A DNA stretch of 64,000 nt from a virus (taxonomy: Duplodnaviria; Caudoviricetes), in the IMG/VR virus record IMGVR_UViG_3300032320_001881, positions 1-64,000 of that record, one strand, 5' to 3'. The translations under genes were made by a program, and so were the position numbers. Position 1 is the first letter of the stretch; every line of letters begins with the position of its first letter. Shown here one piece after another: positions 48,707 to 58,041 of this stretch. Under the pieces are notes generated by a model. The model searched no databases. It was given only the letters and a program-made list of their open reading frames with translations, and was not told the DNA's origin.

Positions 48707-49623
48707 AAAATATTGATGTCGCGGAATTAGATTGTGTTTATTTGTCATATGATGAACCTAATAAAGAAGAAAATTGGGCTCAGATTAAGAATATGGTTCC
48801 ATGGGCTAATCGTGTGGATGGGGTAAAAGGGTCAGATGCTGCACATAAAGCAGCGGCCGATGCTGCTATTACGGAAAGATTCGTATTGATAGATGGCGAT
48901 AATATTCCGCATGATAATTTTTTTGATCTTACTTTAAGTATCGATGATGCTAGTGAAGATTGTGTCTTTCGATGGAAAGCTCGCAATACTATCAACGGAT
49001 TGATGTATGGTAACGGTGGCATTAGTTGTTGGACTAAAGATTTTATCTTTAATATGAAAACCCACGAGAATACTGATGGCAGTCCTGAGAATGATGTGGA
49101 GTTTTGTTTTTATCCCAATTATATTGCTATGTGGGATTGTTATTCGACAACATATCCCAACGCTAGTCCTTACCAAGCATGGCGAGCTGGCTTCCGCGAA
49201 GGTGTTAAAATGTGCCTGGATCGCGGCCGTAAACCTACATTAGAAGATTTTAAAATTAACAATCGCAATTTAAATAATTTGACAATATGGCATAATGTTG
49301 GCCGCGATGTTGAAAATGGAATATATGCTATACTAGGTGCTAGAATGGGTACATATATGTTAATGTTAAACCCTAATTGGGACTACAAAGAAGTACAGAA
49401 TTTCGACGCACTTAAATTAATATATGATACGATAGATGGTCATAATCCTGAACAGGTAGCGGCTAGAATTGCGCCAGAGTTAGCTAGCCAATTAGATTTA
49501 CCTATAGTCATGTTAGATGAAAATGCTAGCAAATTTTTTAAACGACATTATCAAATTGACCGACGCAATAAAGGTATAATGATTCGAGAGATGGATGTTA
49601 TTAGACAACAGGAAGGCTGGTAA
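48703..49623 (+). CDS. Glycosyltransferase-like protein (GT-A fold)
   Basis: SYDEPN, RV.GVKG...AHKAAA, F..IDGD, NGL.YG.GG and AWRAGFREG.K; probable GTG start at 48703 (GGAG SD, GTGA overlap). Confidence 0.6.
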   Translation: MKNIDVAELDCVYLSYDEPNKEENWAQIKNMVPWANRVDGVKGSDAAHKAAADAAITERFVLIDGDNIPHDNFFDLTLSIDDASEDCVFRWKARNTINGLMYGNGGISCWTKDFIFNMKTHENTDGSPENDVEFCFYPNYIAMWDCYSTTYPNASPYQAWRAGFREGVKMCLDRGRKPTLEDFKINNRNLNNLTIWHNVGRDVENGIYAILGARMGTYMLMLNPNWDYKEVQNFDALKLIYDTIDGHNPEQVAARIAPELASQLDLPIVMLDENASKFFKRHYQIDRRNKGIMIREMDVIRQQEGW

Positions 49624-50166
49624 ATGATAAACAAAGACGCCTTTTCAAACGGCCAAATAGACAGTAAGTTATGGCTATGTCGCGAACTAGAAAAATTAGA
49701 ATGGACTAGCGAATTAACACACATTTATGGCGGTTGGTATGGAGTGTTGGCATTCTTAATATTAAGTAGAGAAAAATTTTGTGTTGATCGCATAGAAAGT
49801 TTTGACATTGACCCATTGTGTGAACCTATAGCTGATATGATTAATGAAAATTGGGTTTTTAAGGAATGGAAATTTAAAGCATTTACTTTAGACTGCGGTC
49901 AAGGCGTAAGAGGAGCTCCTGATTTAATTATAAACACAAGTACTGAGCATTTTAAAAATATGGATTGGTTTGATCGTGTTTCAAAAGGTACAAGAGTTGT
50001 ATTACAAGGTAACAATATGCCACATGATGATCATGTTGTATATTCTGCTACATTAAATGAGTTCATAACTCAGTATCCGCTTTCTAAAGTAATGTATCAA
50101 GGCGAAAAATTGTTTACTTATCCCAAATGGCAATTTACTAGATATATGTTAATTGGAATTAAATAA
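49624..50166 (+). CDS. Class I SAM-dependent methyltransferase-like protein
   Basis: GGWYG, S.DID, D.IINTS.EH and RYMLIG. Confidence 0.6.
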   Translation: MINKDAFSNGQIDSKLWLCRELEKLEWTSELTHIYGGWYGVLAFLILSREKFCVDRIESFDIDPLCEPIADMINENWVFKEWKFKAFTLDCGQGVRGAPDLIINTSTEHFKNMDWFDRVSKGTRVVLQGNNMPHDDHVVYSATLNEFITQYPLSKVMYQGEKLFTYPKWQFTRYMLIGIK

Positions 50167-50169
50167 AGA

Positions 50170-51126
50170 ATGCCAAAAAAATATTATAAATTAGAACATG
50201 CCAACCCTACTAATACAGACTGGTTTGTAGTTAATTGGTGCTTAGGAAATACCTGTAACTTTAGTTGTAGTTATTGTCCAGAAAATTTACACAACGGGAC
50301 TAATCCTTGGCCAACGCCGGACACAATAAAAAACTTTATACAAAAAGTAAAAGCTACACATCCTAACAAAAAATTATATTTTGAATTTACTGGCGGCGAA
50401 GTAACTTTATACAAGCATTTCTTAGATATATGCCAGTATTGTACTGAACAAGGCATAAAAGTAGGCCTTATCTCCAACGGATCTAGGACTTTAAGATACT
50501 GGAACGAAAACAAACAATATTTTGATCACGTGTGTTTAAGTTTTCATCCTGAATTCGCTGATGCTGATCATTTTGTAGAAGTTGTAAAAGCACTTAAGAA
50601 TGATGTAAGGACACATGTCAACATTATGATGGACCCTGCCAAATTTGATTTTTGTTTTGAAATTGCCAATAATATTAAAGATCTTGGTAATATTTCTATG
50701 GCACTTCAACCGTTGATACACGACTTTGGTGAAGTATTATACGATTATACTCCTGAACAAAAGAAAACAATAGACAATCAACACGAGTTGATAAGCAAAC
50801 ATATTAAATTTACTAAATCATTTGATTACTACAGAGGCGCAATGAAGATGTTATATCCTAACGGCGAATCACTGGTAGTAAGTGCTCATAGATTTATTAA
50901 CGAAAAAGCAAATGATTGGTCGGGCTGGGATTGTTATGCTGGGGTCGAACAATTAATTGTAGATCAGCGTGGAACGATTTCTCGAGGTTGGTGCTTAGAA
51001 GGTGGCCCCATTGGTAATATATTTGATAATAATTTAAATTTGCCAATTGACCCAATACGCTGTACAAAAAAAATGTGCCACTGCAATTTTGATATTATGA
51101 GTACTAAGGAATATAAAGGTGGCTAA
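50170..51126 (+). CDS. Radical SAM enzyme with C-terminal twitch/SPASM-like Cys domain
   Basis: CNFSCSYC, TGGE, SNG and SFH; C-terminal C.AG......D..G.I.RGWC...C....C.C. Confidence 0.88.
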   Translation: MPKKYYKLEHANPTNTDWFVVNWCLGNTCNFSCSYCPENLHNGTNPWPTPDTIKNFIQKVKATHPNKKLYFEFTGGEVTLYKHFLDICQYCTEQGIKVGLISNGSRTLRYWNENKQYFDHVCLSFHPEFADADHFVEVVKALKNDVRTHVNIMMDPAKFDFCFEIANNIKDLGNISMALQPLIHDFGEVLYDYTPEQKKTIDNQHELISKHIKFTKSFDYYRGAMKMLYPNGESLVVSAHRFINEKANDWSGWDCYAGVEQLIVDQRGTISRGWCLEGGPIGNIFDNNLNLPIDPIRCTKKMCHCNFDIMSTKEYKGG

Positions 51127-52174
51127 ACAATTAGTTGTACTCACTGAAGATAATCGTAAAGTATTGGCTAGTATAGAAGATATTGTCGCTGCTAAATTAA
51201 ATAAATTTAAGGGATGGGTATGTAATACTGGTATCCAAAGTTTATACATAGATTTTGATGGTAATGTTTGGAATGGTAACTGTTCTGGTGGTGTAGGTAA
51301 GTGGCTTTTAAAAAATAATAAACCAGCGTGGGGACATTTAGGTAATATCAATCAAGGGTTTACAATTCCTAAAGAAACTGTGATATGTCCTTACGAATCT
51401 TGCGGGTGTGGGTCTGATATAGTAGTTACAAAATATAAAAATTCGTCCGCTATTAATTTTGTAAATGAACATACTACAGATATCGATCAAAAGTTTACTA
51501 ATATTAATTGCATTAATGCGATAAGATTTACTCATAAAGTGCCTAAGCAAGTATTATGGGACATAGGTCGCCAATGTAATTATAATTGTAGCTATTGCTG
51601 GCCCGATGTACATAACACAACAGATCCGCACAAAACTTTAGATACTTTAATTAAAACAGCCAACTATGCAATTGATAATTGGAGCGATGGTAATACTATC
51701 CGTTGGTATTTTGGCGGTGGAGAACCGACATTGAATCCTGACTTTGAACCTTTTATACAATATCTTAGTAGTAAAAATCAATGGACTATGTTAGTGTCAA
51801 ATGGAAGTCAAGGATCCAGGTACTGGGAAAAAAATTGCGACAACTATAACATATTAATATTCAGCGCACACTTTGAATTTATGAAAAAAGAGTTGTTTAT
51901 GAAAAATGTGTCAGTTATTGCTAAAGAATTATCTTCCGGCACAAAAAATTTAACACAGTTTATTGTTAAATTAATGGCTAAACCCGGAATTGTTGATCAA
52001 GCAATCGAACTAGCTAACGAAATAAAAATAGTTACTGAACAATATAATCTCTTAAAACATTTGCTATCTATAGAAATGGTACCACTAAGAGGATTAGGCA
52101 CAGAATCTGGAAATTTAAGATCTGAATACACTGAAAATGAACTTAATCAGATTCTAAAATTCAATCAGTTATAA
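51119..52174 (+). CDS. Radical SAM enzyme with N-terminal twitch/SPASM-like domain
   Basis: N-terminal C..G...LYID.DG.V..GNC...CP...C.C..D, followed by CNYNCSYC, GGGEPT and SNGS. Confidence 0.82.
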   Translation: MAKQLVVLTEDNRKVLASIEDIVAAKLNKFKGWVCNTGIQSLYIDFDGNVWNGNCSGGVGKWLLKNNKPAWGHLGNINQGFTIPKETVICPYESCGCGSDIVVTKYKNSSAINFVNEHTTDIDQKFTNINCINAIRFTHKVPKQVLWDIGRQCNYNCSYCWPDVHNTTDPHKTLDTLIKTANYAIDNWSDGNTIRWYFGGGEPTLNPDFEPFIQYLSSKNQWTMLVSNGSQGSRYWEKNCDNYNILIFSAHFEFMKKELFMKNVSVIAKELSSGTKNLTQFIVKLMAKPGIVDQAIELANEIKIVTEQYNLLKHLLSIEMVPLRGLGTESGNLRSEYTENELNQILKFNQL

Positions 52175-52768
52175 AAATCCGCCAACGGGTGTGTCTGGCC
52201 TATGTTCTCTTTTGAGATATGTACAACGAACAACCGTATCAGTAGGAAGCAATATGCGACTAAACAGTATAGTCCAAAAATTTTGATGTACACATTTAGT
52301 TTTAGCTGGGACTATACATTCGTCAAAATAATCATATCGCTCGTTAGCTGTAGTGCTAAATGCAAATCGTCGGAGTAATTTAGCATGTCTGGCGGACCAT
52401 AAGGTATAAAATCTATAACGACCTTGCTTTTCATTATGTGCCATGGCAGCTTCTAATAATTGTCGTACATATTCTCTATTGTGCGCTGAACGGATCATTG
52501 TGCCGTACCATACAGGTTCGTTAGGACTTAAATAAAAAGATATATATCCTAGTATATTTCCCTGGTCATCCTCTAACCCAAGAGCTTTGTATCTTGACAA
52601 ACCAGTAAGATAAGTTCTTCCGAAAGCTCTATGATAAATTTTCGCCATAGGATTATTATCTGTGGGAACAAAATAATTGGTTTCTGTATCTGTGCCCATA
52701 AAATTTTTAGTTTGAAATAAATGGCCAGTTTTTTCATAATGTGATTGATTTAATTCTACAATTTTCAT
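52169..52768 (-). CDS. Hypothetical protein, possible GNAT-fold acyltransferase
   Basis: Pattern D..G.I.GY..F followed by LL..A.......G resembles GNAT motif A; weak match. Confidence 0.4.
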   Translation of the reverse strand: MKIVELNQSHYEKTGHLFQTKNFMGTDTETNYFVPTDNNPMAKIYHRAFGRTYLTGLSRYKALGLEDDQGNILGYISFYLSPNEPVWYGTMIRSAHNREYVRQLLEAAMAHNEKQGRYRFYTLWSARHAKLLRRFAFSTTANERYDYFDECIVPAKTKCVHQNFWTILFSRILLPTDTVVRCTYLKREHRPDTPVGGFL

Positions 52769-53682
52769 GCTTCACCCTTTAATTGTTTTATTGCTTGATC
52801 ATATGGTATACCGTCTAAACTATACTCTAATCTTGGAATTTGATTAAGGCCAATCTCCTCGTAAGCTATGCCGTTAAAAGCAATTAAACTTTCAAATCCA
52901 TGTCTTTTTGGTTTTCTCCTGAATTCAGGATATAATGATGCTAGTATTTTGTTTTTAGACGACGCTGCTGTTAATTTGTAATTGTATTTTTCTGTGACTA
53001 AATTTTTTACGCCGTCTGATTCTAAGTAATGCAATAACAATTCTGGAGTATAACTAAAGTATTCATTGACTAATGGAATATTATATTTCAAACTAAAACG
53101 AATAGCACTAGCGTCTTCGTTTTCTCTAAAAGCATAATACCAAAAACTTCTATCTTTGCTTACTTGCCGTGTAAGTCCTGCTTCGCCGCCCATAACCGCC
53201 GGGGCGCCCAATTTTAAAATCTGATTATACACCATAATATAAGTTATTTGTGTGCTTTGAATTTTCTCACCAAATTCAGTTGCTTCGCCGGAAAAGAAAA
53301 AATCTTTAACATCAAAATCTATTAAATCTAATTTCACATCTAATTCACTTGCTATTGCTTTAGCTTCGTATACTTCTCCAATATTATAATCATTTTTGAA
53401 TTTTATCATAGCACACCTAGGTTTAAACCCATTGTGAATAAAATTACGTAATACTATTTCGCTATCTGTTCCGCCTGATAAAAATAAAATAAGGTCATGT
53501 CCTAAATCTTCTTGTATAAGTTTTGCTGTTCTGTGAAGCTCATCTTTGAAAGACCCTGTTCGATATTGATCGGGATCTACAGGACCTAGTCTGACTTCAA
53601 ATTTATCAATCTCAGTTTCTCTATAACCATACTCTCTGCCATCTATGGTATACTTTAGATGATTTCGGTAAGTAAAATTCAT
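52765..53682 (-). CDS. PP-loop (adenine nucleotide alpha-hydrolase) ATPase
   Basis: LFLSGGTDSE PP-loop; C-terminal R.K.HGFE. Confidence 0.7.
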   Translation of the reverse strand: MNFTYRNHLKYTIDGREYGYRETEIDKFEVRLGPVDPDQYRTGSFKDELHRTAKLIQEDLGHDLILFLSGGTDSEIVLRNFIHNGFKPRCAMIKFKNDYNIGEVYEAKAIASELDVKLDLIDFDVKDFFFSGEATEFGEKIQSTQITYIMVYNQILKLGAPAVMGGEAGLTRQVSKDRSFWYYAFRENEDASAIRFSLKYNIPLVNEYFSYTPELLLHYLESDGVKNLVTEKYNYKLTAASSKNKILASLYPEFRRKPKRHGFESLIAFNGIAYEEIGLNQIPRLEYSLDGIPYDQAIKQLKGEA

Positions 53683-54500
53683 TAAACTTTGCGTCCGTCG
53701 AGTATGTTTTTTCTACTTTCCTTGGTAGCAATTAGCGGCAAAAATATTAAACTAAAATCCCATTCTTTCTTAAGGCCACTTACTGAAGTTCCAAAATCAT
53801 ATGAACTTGCTTTAGCATGATGATTATTATGCCATCCCTGGCCCCAGGTGATCCAAGCTAGCAACGGAACATTTTGACTGTCGTCTTTAGTATCAAAATT
53901 CCTATAGCCATATCCTGGACTATGGCAAAATACATTGATATTACTTTCCATATATAAACTTATCGCAGCTGGAATCATAAATCCAAATAATAATAATTCC
54001 CACGATATTAGCCCAACCACAATGTAAGTAACTAATATAATCCAATTATAATTTTTAGCAAACCACATGTGCATAGGATCTTTGATTAAGTCAATAGCAT
54101 ATTTGGGATTGAAATATTCGTCCCAGTCATGTAACCAGCTATGCCAAGCATACCATTTACCTTTGCTAGGAGCATGAGCATCTTTTTCAGTATCGGAATA
54201 TCTATGATGGCTACCACGATGTACAGCAGCCCAGCCTAACGGACTTCCTTGTAAACTTAAACAACTTATCCATAGCAAAATTGGTTTTAATCCTGGACGC
54301 AATTCAACAGCTCGATGACTTACATATCTATGTAATATAACAGCAACACCCAGACCTTCAATTATAATCCATCCAACTAATATTTGGAAGAAATTAACCC
54401 AAGTAAAATCAAAGAAGTACAAATAAAGAAGCATTCCTACCCAGGCAATAGCATGAGCAGGATAAAGGATATAGTTGAGAAAGGAATTAGTTTTAGGCAT
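53682..54500 (-). CDS. Membrane fatty-acid desaturase (delta-9 / DesC-like)
   Basis: His boxes HRYVSH, HRGSHH..SD...D.H.P and G.GWHNNHH; transmembrane segments. Confidence 0.9.
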   Translation of the reverse strand: MPKTNSFLNYILYPAHAIAWVGMLLYLYFFDFTWVNFFQILVGWIIIEGLGVAVILHRYVSHRAVELRPGLKPILLWISCLSLQGSPLGWAAVHRGSHHRYSDTEKDAHAPSKGKWYAWHSWLHDWDEYFNPKYAIDLIKDPMHMWFAKNYNWIILVTYIVVGLISWELLLFGFMIPAAISLYMESNINVFCHSPGYGYRNFDTKDDSQNVPLLAWITWGQGWHNNHHAKASSYDFGTSVSGLKKEWDFSLIFLPLIATKESRKNILDGRKV

Positions 54501-54505
54501 AGATG

Positions 54506-54519
54506 TATTTAAGTAAATA
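54506..54519. promoter_or_regulatory. Back-to-back divergent late promoters
   Basis: TATTTA-ag-TAAATA; 5 nt from the desaturase ATG (minus) and 7 nt from ATG 54527 (plus). Confidence 0.6.
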
Positions 54520-54526
54520 TTTCACG

Positions 54527-55105
54527 ATGATAAAAATTATTGATTATGCTATTAATTTTGATGATAAATTATGGTACACATGCCAGAATTTTATTAAAAA
54601 TTCTAATGATAATTTGAAAACTAATTACAGCAATATTTTACCTACAAAGTATGTTTCTTTTCCGGTAGTCATTATTGATAACAGAATTGTTTGTTTTAGC
54701 GCATTAGAAGTAAATGAAAGTCGATGGGGGAAAGGCATTGGTAGATGTAGTAGTAGAATGTGGATACATCCAGAATATAGACATTCTGGTAAATTTATTG
54801 GAGGTAATAAATTTCTTAATACAACTTATTGCTTACCCATTCAGTTAGCAAAAGCAAAATTAATTAACTTAGATTGTGTTTTTATTAGTAGGGAAGATAA
54901 TCTGAAAGGATTTGAAGAATATTGTAAATTAATTAAAATTAATGCCTGCGCTGATTTTATAATGGAATCAAATAGATATAATGTTTGTGGATCACTAGAT
55001 CCTGTTCCTGAAAGTTGTAAACAATGGGTAATGATACATTACTTAACAGCTGATGCTAAATCAGTGTGGACTAATAATATGAGTAATTATAATTTAATCT
55101 ATTAA
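54527..55105 (+). CDS. Hypothetical protein, possible GNAT-like fold
   Basis: R..SR.WIHPEYR pattern; the in-frame ATG at 54527 fits the promoter spacing better than 54503. Confidence 0.45.
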   Translation: MIKIIDYAINFDDKLWYTCQNFIKNSNDNLKTNYSNILPTKYVSFPVVIIDNRIVCFSALEVNESRWGKGIGRCSSRMWIHPEYRHSGKFIGGNKFLNTTYCLPIQLAKAKLINLDCVFISREDNLKGFEEYCKLIKINACADFIMESNRYNVCGSLDPVPESCKQWVMIHYLTADAKSVWTNNMSNYNLIY

Positions 55106-55407
55106 GATATAAGTTCAACATAGTTAAAAGTTATGCCATTGTCTTTATTATAAGCATTTCTTTCAATAAAAAATGGCTTGTGTCTTCGTTGATATGCCCA
55201 ACTAGCATAATTTTCTAAGTCGTCCCAAATTACAGTATAGGTTCTAACATCATCGCTAGTATCTACTAACGTTTGACTAATAAATCCAGGCAAAGTTGAT
55301 GTCCATAATGAATGACTATCGGCTTTATTTTTATTCTCCGCACTGACTTGATTAAAAAATTTAGCACCTGCTGGTTTTGTTGTAGTAACGACATAAGTTA
55401 TTGCCAT
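55102..55407 (-). CDS. Hypothetical protein (possible dimeric alpha-beta barrel)
   Basis: PGFIS...WDDLE.Y..W pattern; AGGAG SD; TAAATA at 55430-55435. Confidence 0.5.
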   Translation of the reverse strand: MAITYVVTTTKPAGAKFFNQVSAENKNKADSHSLWTSTLPGFISQTLVDTSDDVRTYTVIWDDLENYASWAYQRRHKPFFIERNAYNKDNGITFNYVELIS

Positions 55408-55435
55408 ATTTTATCTCCTAATAGTGTATTATTTA

Positions 55436-56620
55436 TCAATAACCTTTTAAAAATTCTGCTTTCATCCAGTCTAAATCGTTAATTAATGACAAATTTGTTT
55501 TATTATGTTTATTTTTTTGCCCAAAATCTCTGCCAGCTATAGCACCTTTGATTGCCCACACACCGAAAGGACTGTCTGCTCCAACCGTACACCAAATATC
55601 TAGCCTTTTACCACTTTCTCTTGTTAGTTGTCTTTTTAAAATATTACTAGACAGTTTTGTGCATTCTCTAAATGCACTACGAAAAGCGTTAAATTCGTCT
55701 GTATTAAACGCAGTAATATTGCTTATCTTAGTCATAGGTTTAAATCTATTACTAATACTAGTTGTCATATCTACACAAGACGGATCTACATCTAAAGTTA
55801 ATTGTCTGGGTAACAATTTAACTCCGCCATACCCATACTCTAATCCATTTACAGGATTAAGACTGCGCCATACATGTACACAATCGCGATCAAATATGTT
55901 AGGCTGATATTCAAAACTCCAGTCGTCTGTTAAGTAAGCATCGCCGTCAACGACATAAAACATATCGGTAGTAACTAGTTCGGCAGCATATTTGTGAGCA
56001 TTAACTATTCCTTTTATCCCGTTTACACGAATTGCATTAGGACATTTTTCTAAAACTCTTAACCAATTTTTTTCAGAATTTGGTTCATTGTAGCTAATAA
56101 AAACAACATCTAATTCATCTGACTTAGCTATGGAAACATATCCCATATTTTTAGTACCTAATGGCGTATAGTTTTTTAATTTTCCTTTGAATGCCCAGAC
56201 GTTATTATCAGTTAATTTAGGATCTACATACCATATTATTTCATAATTTAAATCGTATATATCTTCAATACTAGTTGTGGTGGGATCATTTTCAAAAATT
56301 ATTTTGTCATCTATTTCAGGATTTCTAGTCCACTGAATTTCAAACTCGATTTCAACTTCAATTTCGCTGTAGCGTTTTTCTATTTCCCATGCCGCATTAA
56401 AATATTTAGCTATCCATTGATCTTTATACTTCCATACAATACAACGATTGCCATCGTACGGAATCGACGTGATTTTATAATTTTCAAAAGCTGGATTTAT
56501 TATTATAAATTCTTTATGGTCCTTACCAAGTTTGAAAAGATTATAATCGTAATCCTTGTAATCGCCATTCCATTCAATCTTTTCAACTTCTTCTTTGGGA
56601 ATTTGGTAAATGTTAATCAT
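55436..56620 (-). CDS. Glycosyltransferase-like protein with extra N-terminal domain
   Basis: C-terminal half is paralogous to 48703..49623 (FISYNEPN, RV.GIKG...AHK.AA, VDGD, NGL.YG.GG, AFRSAFRE..K). Confidence 0.65.
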   Translation of the reverse strand: MINIYQIPKEEVEKIEWNGDYKDYDYNLFKLGKDHKEFIIINPAFENYKITSIPYDGNRCIVWKYKDQWIAKYFNAAWEIEKRYSEIEVEIEFEIQWTRNPEIDDKIIFENDPTTTSIEDIYDLNYEIIWYVDPKLTDNNVWAFKGKLKNYTPLGTKNMGYVSIAKSDELDVVFISYNEPNSEKNWLRVLEKCPNAIRVNGIKGIVNAHKYAAELVTTDMFYVVDGDAYLTDDWSFEYQPNIFDRDCVHVWRSLNPVNGLEYGYGGVKLLPRQLTLDVDPSCVDMTTSISNRFKPMTKISNITAFNTDEFNAFRSAFRECTKLSSNILKRQLTRESGKRLDIWCTVGADSPFGVWAIKGAIAGRDFGQKNKHNKTNLSLINDLDWMKAEFLKGY

Positions 56621-57563
56621 GGTTAAGCCAGTTGTAGTATTCTTGTAATCCGTGGGCTAAATCAACTGTTGGATAATATCCAAAGTCTAACTTAGCTCGA
56701 TTAATATTTAATTGCCCGCGAATCGGAAATGATGTATCTCTATTTTTTATACATACAGATCCTTTTCCTACCATATCAACTATTAAAGTTGCTGCTGTCA
56801 TGAGCGAGTGTGATTTTCCCCGAGCTATATTATAAGTAGAATTTTTGGTATCTTCGCTAATAGCAGATAATGCGATACCCATAGCGGCATCATCGATATA
56901 AGTAAAATCTAACGAGTCGTCGATACCATTAACAGTTAATTCTTTACCTTGCATAGCTTGTGTTAAAAATTTACTAATGACTCTATCTGTTACATCATAC
57001 GGCCCGTATACGGCGCTAGGACGAACAATAGTATAATCTAATTTATGTTGTCTACTATAATCTTGTACTAACCATTCGCCCGATAATTTCATAATACCAT
57101 ACTGTCCCATAGGTCTACAATCGCTATTTTCATCAATACCTTCAGCTATAGCCTGACGATTGAAATTGCCATACACCATACTGCTACTAACATAAACAAA
57201 TTTTCTTACATTGTGTTTAACACTTTGTTCTAATAAATTAAGTAATCCTTCAATCATTACTCTACTACCTTGTACAGGATTCTTATTAACTACTTTCTGT
57301 CGTGGAAAACTAGCTAGATGGATAACAATATCTACACCGTCGAATATGCTAGTATCAAAAGGTTCAGAAATATCAGCTAAAATAATATTTCGGGTTTGTA
57401 TTCTACATAACCTTTCGGTCATCAAATAATTTAATTCATCCTTAGATATAATGTTATAGTCTGTTTTATTGTCAACGATAGTACAGTCGTGGCGGAAACT
57501 TTCGAGAATACGAACTACATTGTGTCCTATAAATCCTAATCCACCAGTTACAAGTATCTTCAT
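56613..57563 (-). CDS. NAD-dependent nucleotide-sugar epimerase/dehydratase
   Basis: TGGLGFIG, HLA, SSSMVYG, YGIMK (YxxxK), VYGP and DFTYIDD. Confidence 0.92.
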   Translation of the reverse strand: MKILVTGGLGFIGHNVVRILESFRHDCTIVDNKTDYNIISKDELNYLMTERLCRIQTRNIILADISEPFDTSIFDGVDIVIHLASFPRQKVVNKNPVQGSRVMIEGLLNLLEQSVKHNVRKFVYVSSSMVYGNFNRQAIAEGIDENSDCRPMGQYGIMKLSGEWLVQDYSRQHKLDYTIVRPSAVYGPYDVTDRVISKFLTQAMQGKELTVNGIDDSLDFTYIDDAAMGIALSAISEDTKNSTYNIARGKSHSLMTAATLIVDMVGKGSVCIKNRDTSFPIRGQLNINRAKLDFGYYPTVDLAHGLQEYYNWLNHD

Positions 57564-57781
57564 AACAATATACCATGGATATAAATTAATGCCATAATTA
57601 TGTTTAAAAGAATTAAACTAGGCTCTTTCCAAAGAAAACTTAACATTATCCATAGTGAAGCACCTAACAGTCCTGTGAACTTATAATAAGGAGCAACATC
57701 GTGCGCGGTCAAAATTACATGAAGTAAGGCCACAATAGTTGCTAACCACTTTACATAAAAGTCTAAGGGTTTAGTAAACAT
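57560..57781 (-). CDS. Small membrane protein
   Basis: Three hydrophobic segments. Confidence 0.6.
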   Translation of the reverse strand: MFTKPLDFYVKWLATIVALLHVILTAHDVAPYYKFTGLLGASLWIMLSFLWKEPSLILLNIIMALIYIHGILL

Positions 57782-58017
57782 TTATCCCATTTTAAAAAAT
57801 ATTCTGTTGCAAGTTTTTCTTCAACATCGCCATAAACAAATACTCGTTGACCATAAGTACCGGGATCAGGACGAATAATATAAAGCGGATCGGCACAGTT
57901 AGTTTTAATCCATTGACCTTTTTCGGTATCCATAAATTCGCCCAACGGAAAAGCTGCATATATTTCTGGATCTTCTGGATCGCCTATGCCAAAGGAATGA
58001 AAAATGATCTTTACCAT
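57763..58017 (-). CDS. Hypothetical protein
   Basis: Own promoter TTGTAA-N17-TATAAT (58024-58052); YFLKW near the C-terminus. Confidence 0.6.
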   Translation of the reverse strand: MVKIIFHSFGIGDPEDPEIYAAFPLGEFMDTEKGQWIKTNCADPLYIIRPDPGTYGQRVFVYGDVEEKLATEYFLKWDKCLLNP

Positions 58018-58041
58018 GCTACTATTATAGCATATTAAAAA

